Under the pieces are notes generated by a model. That model did no database searches. It was not told the origin of the DNA and saw only the letters and a program-made list of their open reading frames with translations. The translations under genes were made by a program, and so were the position numbers. DNA of 64,000 bases from Bugula neritina (lineage: Eukaryota > Animalia > Bryozoa), in assembly GCA_964035545.1 (NCBI GenBank), contig OZ037771.1, positions 12,833,133 through 12,897,132 on the forward strand. Direction: 5' to 3'. Numbering within the stretch: the stretch's first letter is position 1; the number at the start of each line of letters is the position of its first letter. Shown here in pieces: positions 11,701 to 25,054 of the stretch.

Positions 11701-14700
11701 CTATGAGCAAGTATTTGGAGAAGTAGGGCAACTCCACACTCTGCTTCAGATTGCAGTCTACAACATATGACCTTGAACTCATTATTCAACAACTTATTAG
11801 TCAACAAGGAGACGTTCTCACCAGTACTTCTCAGAAGAGAGTTGTATATTCTGACCAAAGCAAGAAAGAAGCTGTATGACAGATCTACATTACACAGTAT
11901 CTAGAATGATACGCGACTACAAGAAACATATGCTAAGGAAGACAATTCCTAAATAGATGAATAACATGGCTTGAGTAGCATAAATCAATCTCAAATTTGT
12001 TACATAAACCTGACAATTAAAGTTCCCTTAGTGTTGATTGTTCCACCTGAAAATATGATATTTTACATGATTAGTTAGAGTTGACATGAGCGCAGGTAAA
12101 AGTTGGCTTTATACTGTACCTGTCAGCTTGATAGCTCCTTCATCTTCTGCTTGCACCTTCTCCCATTGGCTGCTGGACATTTCATGAAGATATATTGAGC
12201 TTATGGCAGTCTTTAGTTGTGGCTCTATAGCCTTCCACAGAGCCCTGTGATTGGTTGCAGCAACTGAAAAGACAATAATATTATATAATATAATACATTA
12301 TATATTATATAATACAATATATCACATAATATATACTTTAGAGAAATTTCTTACTAATACATGTATATATTAACTGTACTCGTCAGGTGCTATTTCATGA
12401 TGTGAACACATGCATGCACACACACACACATTACAACATATATCAAAATTAAACAATTATTTATAGCAACGAATACCTGCTCCAGTGTTTACAGGTTCAC
12501 AATACTTCTTAAAGTTCATGTTCGAAAGATATTTGAGCTCTCTAAGATTTCGAGTTATCGTGAAGAACACATTGACTATTAGATGACAGTAGTTTGTGTA
12601 GAAGTCTTTGTCGGTGTCTTCGGGAACCAGACTGGACAGTATTTCTATCAAGTCGTCTACAGTGAAGAGAGACTACGGCTACATACGTTGTGATATGTCT
12701 TACAGGAAGTACAATACAATACTATGATGGTGAAATACGTATATATGAACTAACACTAAAACATTATAGTAAAATGAAAGCTCATTTTCTGGATATATAG
12801 TGTAAATACATCATAATAACAGATAAATCAGCCGTCGTCTAGGGGTTAAAGCGTTTGCTTTGTGAACAGGAAGTCATGGGTTCGAGCCCCGACAAAGGTC
12901 ATTGGTGATGTTAGGAAGAGCATCCAGTCATAATTGCTCCTGTGCCCCATCTGAATAAGTCCTTAGCCCGATTTAACAAAAAAATCCCTTCCATCAGGGG
13001 TTCTCACAGCGATAGCGACTATAAACTTGCGTGAATAACAGATAAATCATATTTATCATGATAACATATAAATTATAACTGATTTATCATGTAATACAGT
13101 GTGTAAAGCAGCTGCAGTGGGTTACCTTTACTGTACGGTGAGAAATGAAGAGTTATTGGCTCCCGATATCCTGTGAGAAACTGCCTGAAGTTTTCCCATG
13201 GAATTTCACTTTCTAGTAGAACACACACTTGGCTTTGGCTCTGAAATCATAAATATTCCTAAACATCTGTTGAATAAATAAAGTATCCGTTGAATAAATA
13301 AAGTATCCGTTGAATAAATAAAGTATCTGTTGAATATAATATGGTCAACACTTTATCTACACATATAAAGTAGTACCCGTTGAATATCTGTTCAACACCC
13401 AAAACACACACTTGGTATAACAGAGAGAGAGTAAAAGAGGCATAGAGAGCGGAATAATGGTATACTCACCAGTTCTTTGAGCCTCAGCAGTGCAGGTAGA
13501 ACATTCGCAGGTAAAGATCTTAGCTTTTCAGCTCGCTCAAATACCTACAACAATGACATGTTTGGAATTAATCTTCCCTATTGATCATACTGACTAAATG
13601 AGAAATAAAGTGAATGAGAAAGAACGTACTTACCAGGTAAGCTGTTGTGTTGGAGTAATGTTCGTGCTTTAGAGTTTGATGCAATAGTCTGACGAATGAA
13701 TTCATGTCTTCACATTTTCCAGCTGGCTGATTGGTCAAATTTAATTGGGTCAAAATGTGCTCATATATTAGTTTTTGAGTGTAGAATTCGGCACAATGTA
13801 TCAGCACATGGGGTAGCTAGAAAATAAGCAGCAGCAGAACTAATATCATGTACCAGAATGAAAAATGTCGCATAACATAAAATTAATTTTATTCTAATTT
13901 TTTCATAGCACTCTCAAACATGTAGTAAGTAATAACAAATGGAAAAATTTTAAAAATCCTTTTATGGGTTTAGTTGAATCACTAAAACACCCGATAACAG
14001 TTAATAGCCTGAAAACCTTCATATCTAGAAATGCAAGTACTAGTCCGGCAATGAGTAAAGTAATGCTGCAGGTAAAAGCACATGTTGACTTAAATTTAAA
14101 ATCCTTTAATGAATACAGAATAACTACAGTATAAAAAAACTTTTTAATCTTAAACTATAAATACTAACCTCTTGTTGCTCTAAAACTCGTCTGATGCACA
14201 ATGTTTTCCCAGAGGCAGTGTGACCATGAACAAATATACTTGGAACAGTATTAACCTAGAAGGAAGATATACAGTGATATCGCGTAATCAGTAAAAAGTG
14301 TAACATGGAAGCTACTGCAGCTGCAGTACAAGCTCACACATAGTTATTACCAATAAAGGCTGCAACACTATTTATATAGCTCAATTATCAGAAAAGGTTT
14401 ACTGTAAACTCTTAGAAAAACAACTCAGACAATTGATTAATAACATGAACCATGATGCTAATCACTTATTTTGTTTGAACTGTAACTACAATTTTCATAT
14501 TGATATGCATATTCAAGACAGATAGTTACTATTAAACTTAGTAGAGCTACTTTAGAACAAAAAATTATAAACAATATTAAACTAAAATTAGTTATAGCTA
14601 TACTAATCATTATTAGTATTAGTATTACCCACATTTCCTTCTAGATTTACTTTTCATAACAATATTCTACAACCTTTTGTTTTATACAACTTCAGCAACT

Positions 14701-15316
14701 CACTCCATAAATTTTATTCAGAGTCATTCATTAACACTTACATCCAATTTCATACTATAACTGTATAAATAATAGTGTAATTATTTTTATAACTATCTAA
14801 ATCTTCACTAAGTTCATAATGACTAATGAGTATGATTATAATGAATAATACCCATAATCATAATGAAATGAAAACGATTGTATTTATAATACTAATTTAC
14901 CATTAAATACTAATAACTATAAGTATAAGTAATACTAATACTAATTTTCGTTCACAAATTTTCGTTTGATCATTGGCTCATTGCTGATTACTTAAAACAA
15001 TGAATCAAACAATTTCAATCTCAAAGTCGAACACGCTAAAAACTGAACATGTAAACATAAACAATGAATGAACCAGATCATAATGATAATGAATTATCAT
15101 TATTGAATATCAATATGGTAACATTAACTATAAGTATGACACTGACAGCATCTACGACTACTAGTACTAGTACTATCACTATGCACTATTTAGTATTTAC
15201 TTCCAAGTTTAATTATTATTAAACTTATATTTCTTCTAAGCAAACACACTTACTTTAGTAATTATTGATCTCAGCATAGCGCATTGATGGTAGCGACATT
15301 GAACATTTGCATCCAT
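5786..15316 (-). CDS. ORC5: Origin recognition complex subunit 5
   Basis: ATG at 15316 ([12 protein letters not shown]…). Walker A GHTASGKT (~14200-14230), [70 protein letters not shown] and a last exon 5831-5786 ([14 protein letters not shown]) are all characteristic ORC5 segments joined by phase-consistent introns. Confidence 0.96.
6200..6375. repeat. 17-bp minisatellite (TAAACATATCTACAATR)
   Basis: About 10 copies abutting the ORC5 acceptor near 6195. Confidence 0.9.
6470..9956 (+). mobile_element. Non-autonomous ISL2EU-type (PIF/Harbinger-related) DNA transposon with ~880-bp inverted arms, in an ORC5 intron
   Basis: Termini AGACCATGTAAAAC…GTTTTACATGGTCT, flanked by AT on both sides (6468-69, 9957-58). 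Arms ~6470-7350 and ~9086-9956. The interior encodes a degenerate THAP tail ([18 protein letters not shown]), [11 protein letters not shown], and an HTH_Tnp_4-like segment ([30 protein letters not shown]). No DDE domain is visible. Confidence 0.85.
7520..9097 (+). pseudogene. Truncated ISL2EU-like transposase (THAP remnant + HTH, catalytic DDE missing)
   Basis: Exons ~7520-7982 and ~8824-9097 are joined by a GT-AG intron. The frame runs into the right inverted arm just after IPLSFQSQY, where the DDE core normally begins. Confidence 0.8.
9998..10389. mobile_element. Degenerate MITE, possibly Harbinger-like
   Basis: Imperfect terminal inverted repeats AGGTCACACG… / …CGTGTGGCCCT and inverted subterminal CATGCGGGTTTGA / TGAACCCACATG. 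Confidence 0.4.
11222..11575. repeat. 30-bp minisatellite (GAACATGACTTCAATAGAAGTCTGTATGWGT-like)
   Basis: About 11 tandem copies in an ORC5 intron. Confidence 0.95.
12831..13033 (+). mobile_element. tRNA-derived SINE with 16-bp target-site duplication
   Basis: A-box-like start, B box GGTTCGAGCCC, and a central GGTGATGTTAGGAAGAGCATCCAGTCATA block resembling the conserved MetaSINE-type core. AATAACAGATAAATCA is duplicated at 12815-12830 and 13034-13049. A second family member lies at 57701. Confidence 0.88.
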
Positions 15317-15522
15317 TGCTGTTGAACTTTTTCAAATCATTAAACCAGTTAGACATTAGCTAACTTTTTGGTTTCGACGGCCAGAGGACAACTGGTTGAA
15401 AATAAAGATTAGCGCTGGTTAAAGGTTAGCCTGTGTTCCGAACATTTCTTCGCTCTACCGAGCAAGTTCAATTGCAACAGCACTAAAAGGAAACGCGCAG
15501 GAGAATCTATAATAAAGGCTGG

Positions 15523-15532
15523 TGGCGGGAAA
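15523..15532 (-). promoter_or_regulatory. E2F consensus site upstream of ORC5
   Basis: TTTCCCGCCA on the minus strand, ~210 bp upstream of the ORC5 ATG; matches TTTSSCGC. Confidence 0.55.
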
Positions 15533-15732
15533 TATTTTGTTCCCTGCCGTGCGTTAAAGTACTGCTTGTCCATTGCAAGAGAAGACAACTCTTTAACTTT
15601 ATCTTGTAGTCCTCGCTATAAATCATAATCACTGTATATAATACTTCAGTCTGTTCAAAATTATGTGCACAGATGAAAGATCATTCAACAAATTTATTTT
15701 ACAAAAAATATGATACAATAAACTGGCAGTTG

Positions 15733-16586
15733 TCAAATTACTAGGTTTTCTTTTTCTTCATTTTCTTTTTTGGAGAGGCAGTACCTACAAACAGAAATTA
15801 TTTAAATGAATTTATTGGAACATACTGCTGATCTACATAAACTAAAGTAAAAGGAGTAAATCCTTCAACAGAGAAAAACTTCAAATGTCTTTGCTTCACT
15901 TAGTTCAACTTTTATTACATAAAACCTATGAGGAAAGTCAAACACAATTCACTCCTACAAAGTTTCACTGTCCCAGTAATCTACTGTGGAAAGTCGACAA
16001 TCTGTTGACTACTCAGGTTTTTCTGACTGATACTTCAAGTAAAACTAAGTTTAGCAAATTAAACAAGATAAATACTGCAATTCACAACATGAACCATTCA
16101 CCTTCCGAAGTTGCAGCGTGTTTGACCTCATCACCAATGATCTCTTCCCCCAATGCTCTCTTCTTTCTCAACTTGTTCTGCTCGATGAGCCACGCGTCCC
16201 ACTCTTTGCGAGTGTGCATGAACGACTTGAGTCGGATATTGTAAGTGATCACTCTGCCACTCTTACTCGCTACCAACACAAGCAACCACATTCCACACTC
16301 TAACATCTTGTATGTATGTAGGCAGTGTAACAGGAGCAATACAGCAAGTAGTTAATGCATTTTGACTGTGACAAGCTGAAAAAAGGTGTAGCTTACCAAT
16401 GTAGCATTTGGCTTTAGCAGTTTTAGTAATTGATAATTGTAAGTTAGCTGGCCGGCCAATAGCTTGTATTTGAGTTTTATGAGTTCGTCAAATACTGCAG
16501 TAGCAGCAACTGGTAGTAGTATTAGTAGTATTAGTAGTATTGGTAGTATTAGTATTAGTATTAGTAGTAGTAGTAGTAGCAGCAGC

Positions 16587-16659
<73 letters not shown>

Positions 16660-16742
16660 GTATTAGTAGTAGTAGTAGCAGTAGTAGTACTAGTAGTAGT
16701 AGCAGCAGCAGTAGTAGTAGTAGTAGTAGTAGCAGCAGCAGC

Positions 16743-16807
<65 letters not shown>

Positions 16808-19800
16808 TAGTAGTAGTGGTAGTAGTAGTAGCTAGTAGTAGTAGTAGTAGTAGTAGTAGCTAGTAGTAGTAGTAGTAGTAGCAGCTAGTAGTAGAAAACC
16901 AATACTCAATTGACAGATTTTATATAAAAAATGATTAGAAATGACAAAGAAGGCATTCAAAGCGACTCAATCCACATAATAAACACTGCAAGTAGCACCG
17001 ACACTCACCAAAGATCTTTCGAAAAGATGTGCTCATAGCTTCAGCCACAGAACACTTTTCCGGTACTGTGAGGTGAGCCCAAAGAGTGTCAAATACACGA
17101 CTTCCGATTGGATGAGTGGCCAGGAGAATGCAGCACTCCTTTAACACAAGGAGATAGACACCATTATAAGTACAGCAAATCTTCCCTAAGAGCTAAAAAT
17201 GCTTCACAAGTTTATCAACAAAAATATTGCATACTGAAGACTTATGCCCAATAAAGAGTTGAACCAGAATAAAACTTCAGATTTTCAAATTACAGCAACT
17301 AAATCCTTGTTCCAGACCTCCAACTTGAAGGAATTTAACACTTCAAACAAATTATATTCCAAAAACCTTGTATAATTAATTATGTTATAAACTATAATTT
17401 AATACATTCAGCAATGCTGAATTGTCTTGCCCGGCACAACATTTGCATGAATAAGTTTATAGACAGGCAAGTTACCAGAATGGCTACAATTCTTTACCAG
17501 ACAAGACTATTTCACTATTATTAGAATATAGTTACCGGGTTTAATCTAGAAGCACAAACTTTCTTGGAATTGTTGTCCACGTTAGTAGAAGACATGAAGG
17601 CATCAAATATTCTAGATCCAAACTTGGAGAACGCGAGGCTGACAAACTGCTCCTTGGAGAGGTTGGCCACCGCAGAGCAGATGAATTTAGTGTCGGGAAA
17701 GTCGAGCAGCTTCTGGGCAATCATAGAGGACCCATAGGACATGCGAGTGATTCTTTGAGGTAACTAGTGAAGGAATATGTACAGAGAATATTATACACTT
17801 ACTTGCGATAGTAATACACTTACTTGTGATAGTAATACACATACTTGTGATGGTAATACACTTACTTGTGGTAGTAATACACATACTTGTGATAGTAATA
17901 CACTTACTATGGTAGTAATACACATACTATGATAGTAATACACGTACTATGATAGTAATACAACATGTATACTATGATAGTAATACACATAGATTAATAC
18001 ATAATACATGTAGGCATTGAGGATAATACATAGAGACATGGCAGTATTTCATGTATAAATATAATAAAGACTTGTAATCATAGTGATAAAACACGAATTA
18101 GAGCTCGTAATGTATGTAGACACGGCACTAATACAAATGTATGTATGTATGTACCTAGATGTTGAAATGATTTTAAATAACTTCCCCCCAACAGTTGTCT
18201 TTCAAACATGTTTTAAATATATTTGCATGGAAAAAATTATTACAAAATATTTCAAGACTGATCACCAAATGGCTACTCTTCTCAGCCTGACACATGATTT
18301 AATGATATAATAAATACAAAAACTCCCCTAAACATACATTAAATTCACAATGACTCTAACAACCTTTAATATGATACAATTATAACTGAAAAAAACAAAG
18401 AGAAGACGAATACTAATATAATACAGTTACTCAAGTCTGAATACAACCGCATACCTTACCTCATTATCGGCCATGTTGTATTCTACTGACTCAACAGCCA
18501 ATGATATTATAAGGTTTCTATCTTCTCCAACTTCCTCTTTTAATGACTAAATATAATCACATGCAGAATATATCTATTCAATGAAACCAAGAGTGATTAA
18601 CGCTTAATTCTATTTAGGTAATAGTACCAGTTTGAATAGTGATACTAGAGTTAGTAGTGATACTAGAGTTAGTAATGATACTGGAGTTAGTAGCGATACC
18701 AGAGTTAGTAGTGGCACAATTCCAGGCATAATCTTAGCTGGATTCTTTTAGTAAGATGGTGGCAGATATATTTAGGTAAATTATAAGGTGACTATAAACA
18801 CGCATAGTAATGGCTCTCCTATCACAACAACTAATTAGAACACAAACCCCAGTCCTCTATCCACTAACTGTCATCATTGTCAAATTGATAAATACTGAAA
18901 CTGATCTTTAAGGACTACAATCAACTGATAGAAAAGACTTGGCAATTTTACAACCTACGGTCTTGAGGTGAAGAGTGAAGTGTTGTAAACCCTGAATATT
19001 ATAGGAGAAGGGCATAATATGACTGAGTGAGTGATTTAGTCACACGTAGTAGTCGGTAGAGTAAATAGGAAACACTTACATCCAGCACTTCCTCTTGTTC
19101 GCTGGGAAACCTAACGGCTGCCTCCAGTAACTTCACAATAAGAAAACTCTGCCTTCCATTCAGAAAGTGGAAAAATCGGCCTTTTAGGACGTTGAGTACT
19201 TTTCTTAGCTAAAAGGGAGAGAGAAGGAAGAGCATACAATGAGTATATAGAATAGACAACTCCAACGGAGACAAGAGATTTATGTAGAGCTTTGATATGT
19301 TAATTTATTGTATTACAGAGAGCGTCTATGTGTTGCATGCTTATACATACATACTATTTACTGCTACTCAGCAAGTCGAATGCTTTACAGCACAACTGAC
19401 TTCACATAACATCTGACATAACCTGTCTCCAGGTGTCAAGTGAAGTCATCAGCAGTACAAACAAGATGTCCTACCTGTGAGGTACTTTTGACATTCAAGA
19501 TGGCCGCTTGAACCACATGATTGCTGTGGGAAAGTTCTACGAGACTGTCAAAGTGAGGGATTATCACCTCCTTGAGGAGCTTGCTCATCGGAACTTTGCT
19601 GAGAACTTCAACAAACACTTCGCAGAAGTACGAGCCAGTTTTATCCGTCAAAATTTGTGGCAACCCCTGACTGCAAGAAATACAGGAGTAAAGGTACATA
19701 AAATGGTGGAGTAGCAGATGTTATGTGCAGAGCTAATATACCGCTGGTGGTGGTAATACTATGCATGGGTGTGCATGCAGAGGTGAAGGTTAGAATAATA

Positions 19801-22179
19801 CTCACTTATTCACATGGCTAAGCATGCCGTTGCGCAGTATTTCTTTACATTTATCTTTACAAACAGACGGGAATCTTTTATGTAACAACCTGAGCACAAA
19901 CTGCGCTGTACCCGCTGTGTGTGGGACTGTCACTACACCTGGAGGCATACAGGAAACATCGTCGTAGTAACACAATAAAAACAACTATCATCACAGACAG
20001 AGGAAAGTTGTAACGACGGTAGAGTAGAAACAGCTCACCTATCAGGGAGCTGGATGTCGGGAGGAGAATGGAGGAGAGGGCAAGGAGGATATCCGAGAAC
20101 TCAGCATGAAACTCGTGTTCCTTGAGTTGATCTACAAATGAGAGCAGAAGACACCTGAGAGAGACACTGATGTAAAGCCTGTGGTCTGAAACTTCTCTAC
20201 CATGTAATGCAAGCATTGTCTTGTTGGTGCTTACAGAGTATCATGTCACTTAAACTAAAACACTAGATAGTGCTGAATCCAATCCAGTTTGAATTCAGTA
20301 TACTGTGAAATATTTCATAGTTTCTATAATATAGGAAGGCCAAAATGACCAACAGTAATACAGTTTTACAATACCACAATAATACAGTCACAAAAAGTAT
20401 TATTGGCAGAAGATGTCTAACATGCATTAATATAAGGCCTGTTTCTGGTGGGTGTTGGTTACTTTGGTGGCCGATACTCCACAAATTCTGCAAGCTAACC
20501 CTGAAGAACTGAGGCTACACAGTGTAATGAGCTAACCCTGAGGTACTGAGGCTACACAGTGTGAAGAGCTAACTCTGAGGAACTGAGGCTACACAATTGA
20601 CAGGTAAGGAGATACTCACTGTTGGCCCCGTCTCTATGAGAATTCACAGAGAGTTTGCAACCAGCCATTACTTCCAGCAGCGCCCGCACGATGAAGCAGC
20701 ACTTGTCATGGACTACCAGCTCTCCTCTTTCTAACAGCACCATGCCAGCCTGTCACAACACACTCTATTATATTATATTATATTATATTATAACACACTT
20801 TGTTACATTATATTATATTATATTATAACACACTTTGTTACATTATATTATAACACACTTTGTTACATTATATTATATTATATTATAACACAGTCTATTA
20901 TATTATAACACAGTCTATTATATTATATTATAACGCAGTCTATTATATTATATATTATATTATATTATAACACACTCTGTTATATTATATTATAACACAG
21001 TTTGTTACATTATATTATATATTATATTATAACACACTCTGTTATATTAAATATTATATTATATTTTAACACACTCTATTATATTATATTATATATTATA
21101 TTATATTATAACACACTTTGTTACATTATATTATAACACAGTATATTATATTATATTATATATTATATTATAACGCAGTCTATTGTATTGTGATCACCTG
21201 GTAAATATGTTTGACAAATACATTGTCCTCATCTGAAGAGATGAAGTGTGAACATCGGTAAAGAGCTGTCTGGACTGAGAATGACGCGACTTTGTGGACA
21301 ATCAATTTCTGTGTAAATATTGTTTATATTGTTTATATTGACCTTGACTAATTATTCAATAAAGAAATGTATGCATATGCTACTTTCACAGTTTTGGTAA
21401 ATAGATAACCATTATCAATGCGTCATATAAAATAGTAGCAGGATTTTATGGCCAAAAGCTTCAATCATTTTATTACAAAAATTTAGGATTCTTCTCGTAA
21501 ATAGGGTTGTAAAACTTTTAGTCGGAGCAAATGGTGTTAAATATTTCAAAAAGTTATGTAAACAGTAGATTTGACTGCGTGGAAAGAGACAAGCATATCA
21601 TGAGTTCATTATGCAACAACATATAAAACTTGTTTTAAAGATGGCAAAACAAATTAATAATAGCCAAGTTAGATTTTTAGTAAGATAGTCCTGAGCATTC
21701 AAAATTCTTTCACAACTTGTAGTTTTATTTTCAACATTTCAGCTAGAAAATATCTTTCAATAAATAACTTACATCGAAGTCCTTGAGAATAATTTTCATA
21801 ACACTGCTAAGCTGTTCTTTGTTAGCTAACTCCAGTAGCTTTTGTACGATGAAACTCGTACTCTTGTGAAATATGACGTCATTAATATCATTAGTCAACT
21901 GCTCAAACACATTTGACAAAAATATTTCTAAAAATAAAAAACACAATAAAACACTTGTAAATTATGGTTACATTCAAACAATATAATAACGATGACTATA
22001 CAAGCAACTGGAAGTTTTATTGAAATTACATTTTCACAACTGAAAGCTAAACTAACCTTTCTGTTCTTCGTTTTCAAAATCAGATGCCAACTGTTCACTA
22101 ATACTTCTATAATATCCAACCACTGCTGGCTTGGCGCCGCCTTCATCTTTAGCTTTGAAATTTTTACTACTCATAACTT
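15733..22179 (-). CDS. NOP9: Nucleolar protein 9 (Pumilio-repeat rRNA-processing factor); start exon not resolved
   Basis: The N-terminal GYYRSISEQLASDFENEEQKEIFLSNVFEQL is typical of NOP9. PUF-like repeats: STSFIVQKLLE, ASFSVQTAL, CCFIVRALLE, GSYFCEVFV, SNHVVQAAI, GSSMIAQKLL, GSRIFDAF, GSRVFDTLW. A basic C-terminal tail ends at TGA 15733-15735. Confidence 0.88.
16497..16894. repeat. (TAG/CAG)n microsatellite
   Basis: Directly visible; explains the poly-S and poly-V ORFs. Confidence 0.98.
17793..17992. repeat. 21-bp minisatellite (GTAATACACWTACTTGTGATA-like)
   Basis: About 9 copies just 5' of a NOP9 acceptor. Confidence 0.9.
20494..20597. repeat. ~38-bp tandem repeat x3
   Basis: GCTAACCCTGAGG…ACTGAGGCTACACAGTGT units near a NOP9 donor. 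Confidence 0.85.
20757..21190. repeat. (TTATA)n / AACAC-punctuated satellite filling an entire NOP9 intron
   Basis: Directly visible. Confidence 0.93.
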
Positions 22180-22562
22180 CTAAATAAGAACAGCATTAAG
22201 TAAAAAAGTCTATCAAATCTTTAAAAGATGTTGAATGATTCTGGGTACAGATACACAAGTTTTAAGTAATTTCATATTGATATTGCAATTGAAACTTTTG
22301 TTTATAATTTTTGATGAAAGTTACAATTGATGAAATTTACAGCAGTTTTAAAAAGTATTCAGTATCAACATAACGTTAACAAATCAGTAACACCACTTTA
22401 ATGATTATAATGAATCACAAGATATGATTATAATGAACTACAATCAACAACAATCATAATATTGTAATAGATTTGCTCAATTATGTTATTCTTTTCCTGC
22501 ATTGCGATAATTAGAGTTATGTTCCCCCGCCACTGTTTCTTTTTAATATAATTATATGTGAG

Positions 22563-22683
22563 CCGAAACTCGTGCGAAGTCGGAGGCCGAAGACGCGAGG
22601 TCGAGTGGGGCCTGTCCGAGATCGGACAGAACTCCCCCCTCCGATGTCGGTCGGCGGAACTCCGAGCTTCGTACGAGTTTCGG
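22563..22683. mobile_element. GC-rich ~120-bp fold-back element (MITE-like)
   Basis: CCGAAACTCGTGCGAAGTCGGAG pairs with CTCCGAGCTTCGTACGAGTTTCGG; central hairpin CTGTCCGAGATCGGACAG. Confidence 0.55.
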
Positions 22684-25054
22684 ACCCCCATTAGTGGCGG
22701 GAATTTCACCATATATAAGTACAAGTTTTTCGAATCTAAAGTCAGTATACCACTGGAGCTCACAGATGAAGGAAGCAATAAATACTATTAATTACAGTTT
22801 ATCAAGACTCTTTATTTCATCATAAATAATTGGCATGCAGACTACTTAGTCTATTCTCATAACCCACAAAACTACAACAATATCAAGTACAGTGTAATCA
22901 AAATCATTTATTAAATTATAACAACTGTGATTACTAGTTACAATACAATTTCAATTTATATTATAACTTTAACTTGTGTTATACTTGTACATGTATGAGT
23001 AAAATTAGCCTAAGGGAAAATATTTATATCATGATAGATAATAATTATCATTATGAATATCAAAGTCAATCCCTATGATAACGATACTCACACTGATACC
23101 TATGATAAAAATTATGATGATTATAAATATAATAAAAATATCATTTAAATTATAATTAAAGCAAAACAATTAAATTGAAGTATAAAATTAATTAAATATA
23201 AACTTTAAAGTAAAACATTATCTTTAGGATTAAGTTTAACAACAACATGAACAATGCTGACACTGCTCAACGCAAGGTGACGGGGAAATTATGAACTTTG
23301 CCTCTGTAAGTATATTATATTAATACTAATAGGACTACTATTAGATCATATATGATATAATTATATGTGTTACCAGAAAATTCTAATTTTTACGAGATGA
23401 GTTACACTTACAGCGTGAAAGTTAGCTGAGCTTAGTGTTCCAAGATGAGTCAACACAGTAACTGTAAGAGTAGACACTGACAGTGACAATAAGACTAAGA
23501 GTAAGAGTGTTAATGTAATAATAATAATAATTCCAATTACAACATCAACATGGTCATATGACATATAATTATATGCCTATGGGCGTGGATTTGGAACAAC
23601 TAGGTCCAGTAGACGTAGTAGTACTACTAGCAGCAGTACTACTAGACCTAGTTCTACTTCTAGTTTTGCTGGAAATTCAAATTACATATGCTAATACTCG
23701 TACTGATAGTTATAGTGATACTGATATACTTATACTTATAGTTAATGTTAATGTTATACTTAGTCTTATACTCATAACAGTTAGTGATAACTTATAGTTA
23801 TACTTATACTCTTATAGTTATACTTATAGTTATACACTTACAGTTATAGTTAATGTTATACTTATTAAACTTATACTATTTAGTTGTGCCTTTAACTGCG
23901 ATATTTATAATTTCAGTTTAGACATCAGTAATTATTAATTAACCTTAGAACCTTCAAGCGATCAACCCATAACATAAATGAGAAAAGTGATATTTATCGT
24001 AGTCAATATCAATTAGGTGGAGGTTAGACTTGTAGTTGTTCATGTTGACCCATGCCTAGGCATTACCTAGCCTACAGCCGGGAAACCCTACCACAGAGTA
24101 ATTGATGCGCATTAGTAAAATAAAACACATCGGTATTATTTTATCATTGCAAAATGCGGAAAGAAACACTTTCTTACTGCTGGCAGTAGGAAAAATCCAG
24201 AGTTGTCCTACTAAAAGTCTTCCTTGTACAATGACCACAATAACATTATTATGATACTTATAATGATAGAATTTAGTTACCAAAACAAGAACTCTGGAAA
24301 TTACTCTAGCCAAATTGTGCTACTTTTATATGTATGCAAACGACCCAAGCTGCTTAATTAATAAATTTAGTCTTTATATTGAAAATTCCAACTTACAAGC
24401 AATATTACACAGCTCGTCTTATCATTATGGAATGAACAAAAGAATATTTTTATGTGAGAAATCAACTTAAATAATGACAATTGATGTTGCCTGTAAACTG
24501 TGGTCCAAAAAACATGCAAATATATATTGTGTTCTAATTTATCATTTCCTGCAGTTACAATAGTAAACACAGATTAAAATTTATCACAATAGAAACATCA
24601 TCATGATGTGACATAACATTCCAGAGTTCAAACCATACCACTATAAAATATGTATGAAAATATGGCATTTGGTATTCATTGTTTGCTTTGTTTATTGATA
24701 CTCAGCTACTTTGAGCTAGTAAATACAGCATGCTTATGTTATAGCCTACACATTGTTTTGAAAGATAGAGTATATACAGTGTGTATGACTGCTAACACTA
24801 AACTATCCTGGTGTTACTGGCAGTTTATTGGAAATAATTTCATAGAACAAAACAAAATCAAAGAATTATTCACTTGAATTTAAATACAAAAGGTATTAAT
24901 TAAGGACAATTTTCAAAAGTACCCGATACCAATGAGTTCTAAACAGCTGTAGAATAAATCAAATTTTTTTACAGAACAATAATTTATTTGGAGCCTGTGA
25001 AAATAGTTAAGTATCAACGGTCACATGTCTTGGAGTTGTCTTCACAATGCTGGC

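Noticed and set aside
16464-16863. Poly-Ser/Val/Leu ORFs here and at 29935-30297 and 37601-38030
   Set aside because: Translations of (TAG)n/(CTA)n microsatellites.
18800-18880. C/D box snoRNA in a NOP9 intron (ATGATGA on the minus strand)
   Set aside because: No D box (CTGA) or terminal stem at a suitable distance.
21928-22146. ORF MKAAPSQQW… as the NOP9 start
   Set aside because: The NOP9-like sequence and correct splice phase are in a different frame (…GYYRSISEQL…); the true start exon lies upstream and was not resolved.
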